A DNA stretch of 64,000 nucleotides from Chloroflexota bacterium. GTDB taxonomy: Bacteria; Chloroflexota; UBA11872; UBA12225. Positions 38,616 to 49,753 of this stretch are shown one piece after another. How positions within the stretch are numbered: position 1 is the first letter of the stretch; every line of letters begins with the position of its first letter. The stretch spans positions 299,466 to 363,465 of the forward strand of contig JAUJOR010000001.1 of assembly GCA_030447525.1 (NCBI GenBank), written 5' to 3'. A program made the position numbers and the translations under genes. The notes under the pieces were generated by a model. The model searched no databases. It was not told where the DNA came from and saw only the letters and a program-made list of their open reading frames with translations.

Positions 38616-39398
38616 TCAGTGGGTGAGGATCTTGCTGAGGAACTGCCGCGTGCGCTCCTGCTGCGGCCGGGCAAAGAAGTCCGCCGGTGGGGCCTCCTCG
38701 ACCACGACGCCGCCGTCCATGAACATCACGCGCGAGGCCACTTCCCGGGCGAAGCCCATCTCATGGGTGACCACTACCATGGTCATGCCGTCACGTGCCA
38801 GGCCGCGGATGACGTCAAGCACCTCGTTGATCATCTCTGGGTCGAGGGCTGAGGTCGGCTCGTCGAAGAGCATGATGCGTGGGCTCATCGCCAGCCCGCG
38901 GGCGATGGCGACGCGCTGCTGCTGCCCCCCGGAGAGCTGCCCCGGGTAGACTCCGGCCTTGTCCGGGATGCCGACGCGCTCCAAGAGAGCATGCGCCGTC
39001 TTCTCTGCTTCCCCCCGCGAGACACCCTTCACCTTTTGCGGGGCCAGGGTGATATTGTCCAGCACCGTCAGGTGGGGGAACAGGTGGAACTGCTGGAACA
39101 CCATGATGATCTGGGCGCGTAGCTGGTTGACGTTCGTCTTCGGGTCGTGCACCGCCTGGCCATAGACGTACACCTGGCCGCTGTCAATCGTGTCCAGGCG
39201 GTTGATGCAGCGTAGGAGCGTGCTTTTCCCTGAGCCGCTGGGGCCACAGATGACCACCACGTCGCCGGGGGCGACGCTCCCGGAGATGCCTTTGAGCACC
39301 TCCAGCCGCCCAAAGCGCTTGTGCACCGCGTCGAAGACGATGGCGGCATCCGTAGTTGCAGGCGAGGCGATGGGCTTCGCGTCAGCGCTCGTCGCCAC
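38616..39398 (-). CDS. Amino-acid ABC transporter ATP-binding protein (GlnQ/HisP-like)
   Basis: Walker A is GPSGSGKST, the ABC signature is [15 protein letters not shown], Walker B is [12 protein letters not shown], and an H-loop is present. Confidence 0.9.
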   Translation of the reverse strand: MATSADAKPIASPATTDAAIVFDAVHKRFGRLEVLKGISGSVAPGDVVVICGPSGSGKSTLLRCINRLDTIDSGQVYVYGQAVHDPKTNVNQLRAQIIMVFQQFHLFPHLTVLDNITLAPQKVKGVSRGEAEKTAHALLERVGIPDKAGVYPGQLSGGQQQRVAIARGLAMSPRIMLFDEPTSALDPEMINEVLDVIRGLARDGMTMVVVTHEMGFAREVASRVMFMDGGVVVEEAPPADFFARPQQERTRQFLSKILTH

Positions 39399-40344
39399 GG
39401 CAGAGGGCCTCCTGCAGCTGGGGAAGGTTCTCGAAGACGTAATCCGGTTGCGTGGGGCTGGCGGCGAGGTCGGCCCGCTGGGCCACCCCGGTAAGCACCA
39501 GGATCGTGGTCACCCCGGCCCGTTGCCCGGCGAGGATGTCTGTCAGCAGGCCGTCACCCACGATAGCCGTCTCGGCCGGCGACGCTCCAATGCGCTGCAT
39601 GGCGACCTCGAGCATCGTGGCCGCCGGCTTGCCGACCACCATCGGGCTGACTCCGGTGGCGGCCTGCAGGTAGGCCAGGGTGGCCCCGTTCCCCGGCAGA
39701 AATCCCCCCTCGGTGGGGAGCGATAGGTCAGGGTTGGTGGCGATCAACCGCGCCCCGGCGCGAATGGCAAGGCAGGCCCGCTGCAATCGCTCATAGGTCA
39801 GGCGCCGGTCGAGGCCGCAGACGACCACCTCCGGTTCGCGGTCAACCAGGCGAAAGCCGTGTCCCAGCAGGGCCCGCACCAGGCCCTCTTCCCCGATGGC
39901 CATGACCCGGGCCCCCGGCGCCAGGTACCCCTGCAAGTACACCGCCGTCGCTTCAGAGGAGGTCAGCACTCCCTCCGGCCCCACGGCTATTCCCATGCCC
40001 GCGAGCTTGGCGGCGTACTGGTCGGCCGAGAGGGTGGAGTTGTTGGTGATGCACTGGCAGCGGCGCCCGCTGCGGCGCAGATAGCTGAAGAACTCGGCTG
40101 CCCCCGGCAAGGCGGTGCTCCCGGTGTAGACGACGCCGTCCAAGTCGAGCAGGATGGCGCGCAGGGCGCTCAGCGAGAGGGCCGAGCCGGGGCGTGACCT
40201 GTCGCCGCCACCGCCGGCGGGTGCGGTGCTGACGCTGCGGGCGTGCCTGATAGGAGATGCGGTATCGGCGTCCACGGGCCGGGAGAGTCTAGCACCCGGC
40301 GCCGCCGGCGGACGGACAAGGGGGCAGGCCGCGCTCGACGTCAC
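39382..40344 (-). CDS. HAD-superfamily hydrolase, subfamily IIA (NagD/CUT1-like sugar phosphatase)
   Basis: The motifs are LLDLDGVVY (motif I), CITNNS (motif II) and [24 protein letters not shown] (motifs III and IV). It overlaps the ATPase start by 17 bp, so it is probably the first gene of the operon. Confidence 0.75.
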   Translation of the reverse strand: MTSSAACPLVRPPAAPGARLSRPVDADTASPIRHARSVSTAPAGGGGDRSRPGSALSLSALRAILLDLDGVVYTGSTALPGAAEFFSYLRRSGRRCQCITNNSTLSADQYAAKLAGMGIAVGPEGVLTSSEATAVYLQGYLAPGARVMAIGEEGLVRALLGHGFRLVDREPEVVVCGLDRRLTYERLQRACLAIRAGARLIATNPDLSLPTEGGFLPGNGATLAYLQAATGVSPMVVGKPAATMLEVAMQRIGASPAETAIVGDGLLTDILAGQRAGVTTILVLTGVAQRADLAASPTQPDYVFENLPQLQEALCRGDER

Positions 40345-40443
40345 CCTGATTCGGCACCACCACGTTCGGCCGCTACCTGGACGGCGCCCCTGAGCCCGGG
40401 AAACGTGAGGATCCGGCTGAGAGCATGACCGGCAGCTCCAGGT

Positions 40444-40884
40444 CTACGAGGTCCCGGAGTGCAGCGGATTCTCCCAGCGCAGGTCAGAGAACCGGGCGAA
40501 GTCGCCGTCGGTGGAGCAGAGGACGAGGCCGTGCTCGATGGCCAGTGCTGCAAGGTGGGTATCTGGTACCAGGTTCGCGCCCGCGCCCTGGCGCCGAAAC
40601 AGCAGGTCCAGGGTGGCGCGGTGGCGGTCGGTCGGCTGCGGGACCCACACGGGCGGGCAGTCGAGCCACTCCTCCACCTGGCCCCAGGCCCCGGCGACGG
40701 GCTGGGGTCGCTCGAAGACGCGCGGGTTGGATACCAGGCGCACGAACGCCAGGAGGCTGGGCCAGGGCAGCCCTACCGGTGCCACCCCGTTCAGCCGCGC
40801 GTCGAGCCAGGCCCGCGCGGCGGGGTGCTGCGGGACCGTGGTGACATGCGCGTAGACCAACAGGTTTGCATCCACCAGGATCAC
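40444..40884 (-). CDS. vapC: PIN-domain ribonuclease toxin VapC
   Basis: The GTG start overlaps the vapB TGA in a GTGA arrangement. The N-terminus is (M)ILVDANLLVYAHV, and the PIN acidic residues fall in the D5, ...DTHLAALAIEHGLVLCSTDGDFARF pattern. Confidence 0.75.
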   Translation of the reverse strand: MILVDANLLVYAHVTTVPQHPAARAWLDARLNGVAPVGLPWPSLLAFVRLVSNPRVFERPQPVAGAWGQVEEWLDCPPVWVPQPTDRHRATLDLLFRRQGAGANLVPDTHLAALAIEHGLVLCSTDGDFARFSDLRWENPLHSGTS

Positions 40885-41129
40885 CGGAAGGTCTCCCCTT
40901 CCGCGGCGGCCAGAGCCGCCGCGACGTCGTCCAGGCTGCCGACGAGGCAACGGCCGAGCGATACGGTAGCGGTGCGGTAGGGTCTCCTTGGTCGCGCCGG
41001 CGCCATCATCTGCTGCAGCCCGTAGCGCAGGGCCTCGTTCACCGCCTGCTTCAAGCTGAGGCCACGGCCCTCGCGGACGCGATCGAGGAGGGCCGCCACG
41101 TCGTCGTCGAGCGTCAGCGTCGTTCTCAC
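40881..41129 (-). CDS. vapB: VapB-family antitoxin (ribbon-helix-helix / DUF2191-like)
   Basis: It is 82 aa (MRTTLTLDDDVAALLDRVREGRGLSLKQAVNEALR...) with a GTG start. It lies immediately upstream of and translationally coupled to vapC. Confidence 0.7.
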   Translation of the reverse strand: MRTTLTLDDDVAALLDRVREGRGLSLKQAVNEALRYGLQQMMAPARPRRPYRTATVSLGRCLVGSLDDVAAALAAAEGETFR

Positions 41130-41142
41130 AGGTCCAAGGATA

Positions 41143-41174
41143 CATCAAGACATCGATCAGATGATGTCTTGATG
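41143..41174. promoter_or_regulatory. 12-bp inverted repeat CATCAAGACATC-N8-GATGTCTTGATG, 14 bp upstream of the vapB start; candidate VapB autoregulatory operator
   Basis: It is read directly in the sequence, within the divergent vapB/dprA promoter region. Confidence 0.4.
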
Positions 41175-41314
41175 ACTATCCTCGCTTGGAAGAGCAGGAC
41201 GTGACCCCTGTGGCGCGTTGACCACCGCCATCACCAGGGCCCGAACAACAGCGTCCGAATGATCGAAGGAGGCGCCGAGCACAGGGCTGGCGGGGTCGAT
41301 CGGGCGGGGCTACC

Positions 41315-41451
41315 ATGAGTCCCCGCATGGACGGCATTGCGGAGAGCCGGTACGAGCGGGAGCCGGTGGAGCCCCCGGTGGCGCCGCCACCGGGGGGGCG
41401 CCTCATAGACGACGACGAGCGGGGCTTCTGGGTGGCCTTTAACCGCACCCC
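41315..41451 (+). pseudogene. dprA: dprA 5' fragment (codons 1 to about 46) severed from the rest of the gene by the IS insertion
   Basis: The fragment MSPRMDGIAESRYEREPVEPPVAPPPGGRLIDDDERGFWVAFNRTPG joins in frame to the segment beginning at 43149 (...VGAARFRRLLARFG) once the IS and one copy of CCCCGG are removed. Confidence 0.6.
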
Positions 41452-43148
41452 CGGGGCCTGTTGCCAAAGTCGGGTATGGTGGTCAGGAGGAGCACGGTGC
41501 GGGGTACGCGGGCGCCCCGTGCACGCGACGGGAACGGCCGCTGGCCCGACCGGAGCTCGAACCGGGGACAGGCCCGCTTGAGAAGGGGGGGAGGGCCCAA
41601 CGCCGCACCCCCATGGCCGGGCTGGGGCGCGCCGTTGGGCCAGCTTCTTGACGTCGTACGCGATGGCGCTGCCCAGCGCCTGGATCAGCACCTTGTCTCG
41701 CCCCCGACACTGCGCCCGCCGCAGCCCGTGACGGTCCTTCAGTTCGGCGTTGGCCGTCTCGACCCAGTACGCGCGGGCGCGCCGGCTGCGCTTGGCGGGT
41801 GGCGTGCGGAGATAGGCGACGACTCGGTCGCGCAGTCCCCCATCGTCCGGGCGCACGAGGGTGCGGGCGGCCGCCGGGTCGCAGCACTGCGCCTTGACCG
41901 GGCACGCCCCGCAGACCTTCGGCCGCCCGCGGTAGATCAGGCCACCGGCCGCCCCGGCAGTGCGCGAGGAGCCCTGGCGGGTGAGGAGCCTGCCCGGTGG
42001 GACACCGATAGCGATTAGCGATCGGCGCGAACTCGTACACGAAGCGGTCGGCAGAGTAGTCACCCCGGTCGCTCATGGTGCTGTGGGGCGGGATGCTCGC
42101 CCGGATGCCCTGCTGCTCCAGCGCCACGTAGTTGGCGTAGGTCCCGTACTTGGTATCCGCCACCACTTCGGCCACCGTACGCCCGGTCGTGCCTCGATGC
42201 TCCTTGAGCAGCCGGTCCAGCAGGTGCTCGTCGGCAACCTCGCCCGGAGTCACGTCCAGCGCGGTGATGAGACGCGCCCGCCCGCCGTCCACGCCGACGT
42301 GCGCCTTGTAATAGAAGGCGTAGGGGACCCCTCGCGCTTGACCAGCCCCGCGTCGGGATCGGTGCGACTGGTCACCAAGGCGTTCACCGGCCCCTGGTCC
42401 CCGTTGGGCACGTCCTCCGGACCGGCCACGTGCAGCGACGGGCGCGCCGCCGCGCCCGCCGTGAGGCCACCGGCCGAGTCCGGCGCCGGCTGCTCCCCCT
42501 CGCCGGGAGGGGCCGCTGGCGGCGTGGGATCGGAGACGGGATCTCCTGCCACACCGTCGCGACGTACCCGGCCGCGCTCGGCAGCTGAGTGAGCAGCGCC
42601 TGCGCGCCGGCCGACCCAAGACTGGCATTGGCCTTGACCAGCGTGCTGTCCACGTAGAGGACGTCGCCCCGCACCAGGCCGGCCCGCTCGCACTGCCGCA
42701 CCACCTCGGTGAAAGCCGCCTGGTACACGGGCAGGCCGAAGCGCGCCCGCGCCTTGGACAGCATCGAGTGGTCCGGCGGCGTCTCGTCGAGGTCGTACCC
42801 CAAGAACCAGCGGAAGGCCAGGTGCAGGCGCGCCTCCTCGGCCAGCCGCCGCTCCGACGTGATGCCGTAGAGGTACCCGAGCAGCATCAGCTTGAACAGC
42901 ACCACCGGATCGACCCCCGGCCGGCCGGTGTGGCTGTAGAACCGCGCCGTCAGCCGCGCACAAAGCTGAGGTCGAGCGTCCCCGATGCGCGCAGCAAGTG
43001 GTCGCTCGGGACCTGCGCTTCTAGCGAGAACTCGTAGAAGCGCTTCGGCGTGAATTCCTTACGGCCCAACATCGTGCCCCACCTCGAACAGGGGAGCCAC
43101 CATCCTACTCAGACCTCGGCCGGTCCGGCCAGAGTTTGGCAACAGGCC
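41452..43148 (-). mobile_element. IS1182/IS5-family insertion sequence (1697 bp) with terminal inverted repeats GGCCTGTTGCCAAA / GGCCTGTTTGCCAAA and flanking 6-bp direct repeats CCCCGG
   Basis: The inverted repeats lie at 41452-41465 and 43134-43148. The target-site duplications lie at 41446-41451 and 43149-43154. Excising the element precisely restores a continuous dprA reading frame. Confidence 0.75.
41470..43072 (-). pseudogene. IS1182/IS5-family DDE transposase inactivated by frameshifts (three reading-frame segments)
   Basis: The N-terminus MLGRKEFTPKRFYEFSLEAQVPSDHLLRASGTLDLSFVRG is followed by a stop then a shift. It continues in another frame as RLTARFYSHTGRPGVDPVVLFKLMLLGYLYGITSERRLAEE (DUF772 / InsH N-terminal domain). 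The middle segment, in a second frame, is YKAHVGVDGGRARLITALDVTPGEVADEHLL. The C-terminal segment, in a third frame, is CGACPVKAQCC...AYWVETANAELKDRHGLRRAQCRGRDKVLIQALGSAIAYDVKKL. There is a 1-nt deletion at CGCGGCTGACG, where CGCCGGCTGACG is expected. Confidence 0.7.
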
Positions 43149-44250
43149 CCCCGGAGTTGGCGCGGCCCGCTTCCGGCGCCTCCTGGCCCGCTTCGGCACG
43201 CTGGCCCAGGCCTGGGGGGCCAGCCCGGGGCAGCTGGCGCTGGCGGGGCTCGACCGGCGGACGCTGGAGACCTTGACCGCCCTGCGCCGCCGGCTCGATC
43301 CGGCGCAGGAGCTGGAGCGAGCCCGCCGCTACGGCGCCGAGGTGCTCACCTGGGGGGATGCCCATTACCCCCGGCGGCTGGCCGCCATCCCTGACCCCCC
43401 GCCGGTGCTCTTCCTGCGCGGAACGCTCCTCCCGGGAGATGAGCGGGCCCTGGCCGTGGTAGGGACGCGCCGCCCGACGTACTATGGGCGCGACGTTGCC
43501 GAGCGCCTCTCGGCCGCCGTTGCCGCTGCCGGGTTGACCATCGTCAGCGGGCTGGCCAAGGGGGTAGACACGCACGCCCACCGCGGGGCCCTCAGCGCCG
43601 GCGGGCGGACGATCGCCGTCCTGGGCCACGGCCTGCAGACGGTCTACCCGCCGGAGAACCGCCGCCTGGCCGAGGCCGTGGCCGAGCGCGGGGCACTCTT
43701 GACGGAATACGCCCCCGGCGTTGGCCCGGCCGCGGAGAACTTCCCGCCCCGCAACCGGATCATCTCCGGTCTCGCCGCCGGCGTGCTGATCGTCGAGGCC
43801 GGCGAGCACTCCGGGGCCTTGATCACCAGCCGGTACGCCGCCGAGCAGGGGCGCGACGTCTTCGCCGTCCCCGGCCCGATCAGCTCCTTGGCCAGCCGGG
43901 GCTGCCATCGGTTGATCCAGGACGGGGCCAAGCTGGTCACCGGCGCCGCCGACGTCCTCGAGGAGATCGAGCCCCACTCGGAGCGGGCGGCCCCCCGGCA
44001 GATGGTCCTCGACCTCTCACCGGGGGCCGGCCCCGGCCCGATCGACGGGGCCGGGGGGGAGGGGGCATCGACTCCACAGGAAGATGGGCTCGTCCGGCTG
44101 CTGGCCGAGGTGGGCCAGCCGGCCCACGTCGACCAGCTGGCCCGCCGAATGGCGGTACCGGTGCAGGAGATCAGCGGGACGCTGGCCTGCCTGGAAGTGC
44201 AGGGGCGCGTGCGCCACGTCGGCGGGATGCGCTACAACATTTCCGGGTAA
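43149..44250 (+). pseudogene. dprA: dprA 3' portion (DNA-processing protein A, Rossmann-like DprA domain plus C-terminal DML1-like domain), displaced from its start codon and promoter by the IS
   Basis: The motifs ...PGVGAARFRRLLARFG..., VVGTRRPTYYGRDVAERLSAAVAAAGLTIVSGLAKGVDTHAHRGAL and VLIVEAGEHSGALITSRYAAEQGRDVFAVPG are present. The ORF track shows only an internal TTG at 43273. Confidence 0.7.
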
Positions 44251-44405
44251 CGACGCCGGGGGGCCGCCCCCGGGTGCCGGGCTGGAACGGGCCCGATCCT
44301 CGAAGGGCGTCCTCCCGTGGGGGACGGGAACTCTCAAGCGGCTCGCTTCCGTATATGAGGGTAGTAGGCCACAGACAGCAGACAGAGGGGATAGCACAGA
44401 GCACC

Positions 44406-45800
<1,395 letters not shown>

Positions 45801-45801
45801 C

Positions 45802-46749
45802 GTGTTCAACATCATCGGGCGGCGACGCTTCTACTTTCTCCTCTCCGGCCTGCTGATCGCGCCCGGGATCGTCGCCCTGCTCCTCTGGGGTCTGCGTCTG
45901 GGCGTAGACTTCACCGGCGGCAGCCTGTTGGAGGTGCGCCTGGCCCAATCCCCTCCGCCGGCGGCGGTGCGCGACGTGTTCGTCGAGAACGGCGTCACCG
46001 AGGTCAGCGTGGTGACGAGCACCGACCCCTCCGGCCGGTCAAGCTACAACATCCGCTTGCCGGCGCTGGAGACGCCGCGCAAGAACGAGATCCTGGCCCG
46101 GCTAGAGGAACGCTTCGGCACGGTCACGGAGGACCGCTTCGAGACCGTGGGACCGGCGGTCAGCGCCGAGACGACGCGCAACGCCCTGTACGCCACCGGA
46201 CTGGCGGCGCTGGCCATCCTGGGATACCTCACCTTCGCCTTCCGCCAGGTGCCCAAGCCGTGGCGCTACGGCGCCTGCGCCGTGGTCGCCTTGCTGCACG
46301 ACACCCTGCTCGTGCTTGGCCTGTGGGCCATCTTCGGGCGCTTCTTCGGCCTGGAAGTGGACTCCCTGTTCGTCACCGCCATCTTGACGGTGATCGGATT
46401 CTCGGTGCACGACACGATTGTCGTCTTTGACCGCATTCGCGAGAACGTGCGCCGCTTCCATGGGGAGTCGTTCGAGCGGATCGCCAACTTTAGCGTGAAT
46501 CAGACGCTGGACCGGTCGATCAACACCGGCCTGGCCACGATCTTTACCTTGACGGCGCTGCTCTTGATGGGTGGCAGCACCATCCGCAACTTCGTGCTCG
46601 TGCTGCTCATTGGGATCATCTCCGGGACGTACTCCTCCATCTTCAACGCCACCTGCCTGCTGGTGGTGTGGGAGAACGGTGACCTGACTCGCTTCTGGCA
46701 GCGCCTCACCGGGCGCCGACGGCCGGTGCCCGTCGCCGCCGGCGCCTGA
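45802..46749 (+). CDS. secF: Protein translocase subunit SecF
   Basis: The GTG at 45802 lies 1 nt after the secD TGA. The sequence runs VFNIIGRRRFYFLLSG...GLAAL...FSVHDTIVVFDRIREN. Confidence 0.85.
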   Translation: MFNIIGRRRFYFLLSGLLIAPGIVALLLWGLRLGVDFTGGSLLEVRLAQSPPPAAVRDVFVENGVTEVSVVTSTDPSGRSSYNIRLPALETPRKNEILARLEERFGTVTEDRFETVGPAVSAETTRNALYATGLAALAILGYLTFAFRQVPKPWRYGACAVVALLHDTLLVLGLWAIFGRFFGLEVDSLFVTAILTVIGFSVHDTIVVFDRIRENVRRFHGESFERIANFSVNQTLDRSINTGLATIFTLTALLLMGGSTIRNFVLVLLIGIISGTYSSIFNATCLLVVWENGDLTRFWQRLTGRRRPVPVAAGA

Positions 46750-46765
46750 GGCGGGTGGCGAGGAC

Positions 46766-47431
46766 TTACGTGTTGGGGGTGCCCGGAGGCTCGGCCTCTA
46801 GACCCCCCGGGGTGAGGCCGGCCGGTGTTGGAGGCTCGCCCACGGGTTCGAGCGTGCCTGCAGTGACGACGTGGGCCTGGATGGCCCCTTGCATCGCCAT
46901 CGTCTCCTGGGCGGCACGGGCCTCGCCGGCTGCGCCGACACGGACGGCGACGATCGTGTCGCCCTGGTCGAGGCGCAAGGCGTAGCGCATCGCCAGGTCG
47001 TGAGGCAGGCCCCGAGTGCGCTGCACGAGCGCGCCGGCGGTGGCCCCAAGCGCGGCCCCCACCAGCACTTCCAGGGCCCTGACCATGCCACTGGGGACGA
47101 GATCGCGTACGGCCAGCGGGGCCAGCGGGGCCAGCGGGTCGGCCCCCATTTCCGGGAGTAGCTGAGGCACCAGAAAGACGGCCAGGGCGGTGAGCAGGCC
47201 ACCGCCGATGGCGCCTATCAAAGCGGAGACGCTGATGCGCTCGGTGCGATTCACCAGACGGGCCGGCTCTCCCACCGGCAGCACGGGGACGCGTCCCGCG
47301 AGGAGGAGGCGCCCCCCACCGGCGCGGCCCACGGCGGAGATTGCCTCCGGCGTGAGACCGTCATCGAGCAAGGCGCGCGTCGCCTGCTCGGCCTCACTCA
47401 GTGTGGTGAAGGCCCCGATGACTAACGGCAA
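46766..47431 (-). CDS. General-stress-protein YflT-like (DUF1269-type) membrane protein with two YflT-like repeats
   Basis: The first repeat is MPLVIGAFTTLSEAEQATRALLDDGLTPEAISAV. It has central TM helices and a second similar module (DTIVAVRVGAAGEARAAQETMAMQGA). An in-frame (GCCAGCGGG)3 repeat encodes LAPLAPLA. Confidence 0.5.
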   Translation of the reverse strand: MPLVIGAFTTLSEAEQATRALLDDGLTPEAISAVGRAGGGRLLLAGRVPVLPVGEPARLVNRTERISVSALIGAIGGGLLTALAVFLVPQLLPEMGADPLAPLAPLAVRDLVPSGMVRALEVLVGAALGATAGALVQRTRGLPHDLAMRYALRLDQGDTIVAVRVGAAGEARAAQETMAMQGAIQAHVVTAGTLEPVGEPPTPAGLTPGGLEAEPPGTPNT

Positions 47432-47682
47432 CTAGATCCTCTCCCACGAGGGACGCGGCACTGCGCCGCCGCGGGACAAGCGGTACGCACCCGGCCGCTG
47501 CCCACGCCCGGACGGCGACCCCATGCCGCATAATGCACTATCGGCACAGGTCCCGGCAACTACAGATCGTTGTATCGGTCCCTGGCTGCATGGGCCCCTC
47601 GAGGTGGCCACGACTCCAGCCGAGGGATGAGACGTGTGGCGATCCATGCACCGGCCAGTCACAGGCGCACGGCAGGAGCGAT

Positions 47683-48453
47683 ATGGCGGACGGCAAGCTG
47701 CGGGGAAAGACGGCGTTGGTCACAGGGGCCGGCTCGGGCATCGGCGAGGCCATCGCGATGCTCTTCGCTGCCCAGGGGGCCGGCGTGGCTGTCGTGGACT
47801 TTGACCCAACAGGGGGGGAGCGCACGGCGCAGCGGATCGCCGACGCCGGGGGCAACGCCACGTACATCCTGGCCGACGTCTCGCGGGCGGGCGACGCCGA
47901 GCGTATGGTAGCTCAGACCCTGGCGCGCTTCGGTCGCCTGGACATCTTGTGCAACAACGCCGGCATCGGCGTTGCGGCCGTGTGCCATGAGACCAGCGAG
48001 GCCGATTGGGACCACACCATGGCCGTCGACCTCAAGGGGGTGTTCCTGGGCTGTAAGTACGCCATCCCGCACATGCTCCGGCAGGGCCGGGGCGTGATCT
48101 GCAACACCGCGTCCGTTGCCGGGCAGGTAGGCGTGCCCAACCGAGCGGCGTACTGCGCCGCCAAGGCGGGGGTCTTGGGGCTGACGAAGTCCATTGCCAT
48201 CGACTACGCCGAACAGGGGATCCGTTGCAACGCCCTCCTCCCTGGGACGGTGGACTCCCCATGGATTGGAAAGATCCTGGCCCAGCAGGCCGATCCACAG
48301 GGGCAGCGCAAGCTGATGGAGGCCCGCCAGCCGCTGGGGCGCATGGGCCGCCCGGAGGAGATTGCCGGGGCGGCCCTCTTTCTGTGCTCGGACGACGGCG
48401 CCTTTGTCACGGGCACCGGACTGGTGATCGACGGGGGCTTGACCGCCCGCTGA
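47683..48453 (+). CDS. Short-chain dehydrogenase/reductase (SDR) family oxidoreductase
   Basis: The motifs are TGAGSGIGEA (cofactor-binding), NNAG, the catalytic residues S-Y-K (YCAAK) and PG. The ATG at 47683 is preceded by AGGAG. Confidence 0.85.
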   Translation: MADGKLRGKTALVTGAGSGIGEAIAMLFAAQGAGVAVVDFDPTGGERTAQRIADAGGNATYILADVSRAGDAERMVAQTLARFGRLDILCNNAGIGVAAVCHETSEADWDHTMAVDLKGVFLGCKYAIPHMLRQGRGVICNTASVAGQVGVPNRAAYCAAKAGVLGLTKSIAIDYAEQGIRCNALLPGTVDSPWIGKILAQQADPQGQRKLMEARQPLGRMGRPEEIAGAALFLCSDDGAFVTGTGLVIDGGLTAR

Positions 48454-48605
48454 CTCAAGCCCGCACAGCCCTCGGTCATCAGTCGGCAGCGCTCACGACC
48501 ACAGCCGGCCATGGACCATCGACCGCGTGGCCCGGCGCCTCTCGCCAGGGGCACCGGCCCGTCCTGGGGGCAGGGAGCAGGCCGTTATGAGCCTGCTCTA
48601 AGCAC

Positions 48606-49661
48606 CTAGCGGGGGAGCGGGAGCTTGATTGGGCGCCCCTCGCGAGCCGACTGCTCGGCGGCGAAGACGATCTCGTACGTCTTGGCATCCTCCGCGATCA
48701 TCAGCCGGGGCTGCCGGTCGTTCAGAATGGCGTCTACGAGGTCATCGATCTCGCCGGGGAAGGGGTGATGGGTCACCTCCGGCGTGTCCGGCAAGATGGT
48801 GGGGAACTGGGCCCACCCTTCCAGCCCTGGGTCGAGGTAGGTGGTGCGGAAGCGGTCGTTGATCAGCGTCCCCTTGGCCCCGTGGAGTCGGACGTTAAAG
48901 GTGTACTTGACGTTCCCTTCCAGGACGCAGCCGACCTTGCCGATGGCCCCATTGGCGAAGCGGATCAGCGTCAGGATGGTGGGGTCCCACTCCATCACGT
49001 CGGTGAAGTTCCCGGCGTAGGCGAACACCTCGGTGGCTTCGGCACGGACGAACTGGCGGATGGCGTCCACAGCGTGGCAGCCGGCGGCGGGGAGGGCCGA
49101 GCCACCCTTCTCCTTGGTCTTGACCCAGGGGTAGCCGGGGTACCACTTCTCCCAGTTGCCAGAGAAATAGTCGCACTCGGCGTAGTAGATATCGCCGAAG
49201 AAGCCGGCGTCGATCATCTGGTGCACGGACTGGAAGTAAGGGCTCCAGTGCAGCTCGAAGCCCCCCTGACTCTTCACGCCGGCCTTTTCAATCGCCCGTT
49301 CCACCCGCCGCAGGCCCTGCAGATCGAGAGCGACGGGCTTCTCGATCAGGACGTGCTTTCCGGCTTCAGCGGCGGCCACGCCTTGCTCTACGTGCTCGTG
49401 GTTCATCGAGCACACGGAGACGACGTCCACGCGGTCGTCTTTGAGGAGCTCCTGGTAGTCCGTGTAGATGCGGGCATCGCTGAGGCCATGGGTGTCCCTC
49501 GCCCGCTCGGCATTCACACGCTGGTGGCTGGCTAAGGCCACCACACGACAATGCCTGTTTTGTACATACGCCTTGATGTGCTCGCCGGCCACCCAGCCAA
49601 TGCCGATGATGCCGACGCCGAGGGTTCGGGCCTGATCGTTGGTCATGGGGGAAGTCGCCAT
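48606..49661 (-). CDS. Gfo/Idh/MocA-family NAD(P)-dependent oxidoreductase
   Basis: The N-terminal Rossmann fold is LGVGIIGIGWVAGEHIKAY, with a C-terminal alpha/beta domain. The ATG at 49661 is preceded by GAAGGTGA. Confidence 0.85.
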   Translation of the reverse strand: MATSPMTNDQARTLGVGIIGIGWVAGEHIKAYVQNRHCRVVALASHQRVNAERARDTHGLSDARIYTDYQELLKDDRVDVVSVCSMNHEHVEQGVAAAEAGKHVLIEKPVALDLQGLRRVERAIEKAGVKSQGGFELHWSPYFQSVHQMIDAGFFGDIYYAECDYFSGNWEKWYPGYPWVKTKEKGGSALPAAGCHAVDAIRQFVRAEATEVFAYAGNFTDVMEWDPTILTLIRFANGAIGKVGCVLEGNVKYTFNVRLHGAKGTLINDRFRTTYLDPGLEGWAQFPTILPDTPEVTHHPFPGEIDDLVDAILNDRQPRLMIAEDAKTYEIVFAAEQSAREGRPIKLPLPR

Positions 49662-49723
49662 AAGGGTGTTCACCTTCACAATGGAGTCTCTTGGGCCCGT
49701 TGGGGTGCCGGCAGCGAAGGAAA

Positions 49724-49753
49724 TCGGAACGCCGTAGTGCCCGGTAGTGCCCG
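49724..49753 (+). repeat. Tandem repeat, 3 x 10 bp (GTAGTGCCCG), in the divergent intergenic between the Gfo-family gene and the GT1 gene
   Basis: It is read directly in the sequence. Confidence 0.85.

Noticed and set aside
41176-41450. C-terminal 90 residues of ORF 41176..42063(-) extending beyond the IS left end toward vapB
   Set aside because: Transposase homology ends near 41600 and the IS inverted repeat is at 41452-41465. The remainder is read-through into the dprA 5' fragment region, which is coding on the other strand.
43105-43977. 290-aa minus-strand ORF overlapping dprA
   Set aside because: It is antisense to a clear DprA Rossmann-domain sequence and has low-complexity composition.
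44251-44405. GC hairpin (CCGGGGGGCCGCCCCCGG) after dprA as a terminator
   Set aside because: The stem is short with a 2-nt loop and no U-tract. It may simply be GC-rich sequence, so I did not list it as a feature.
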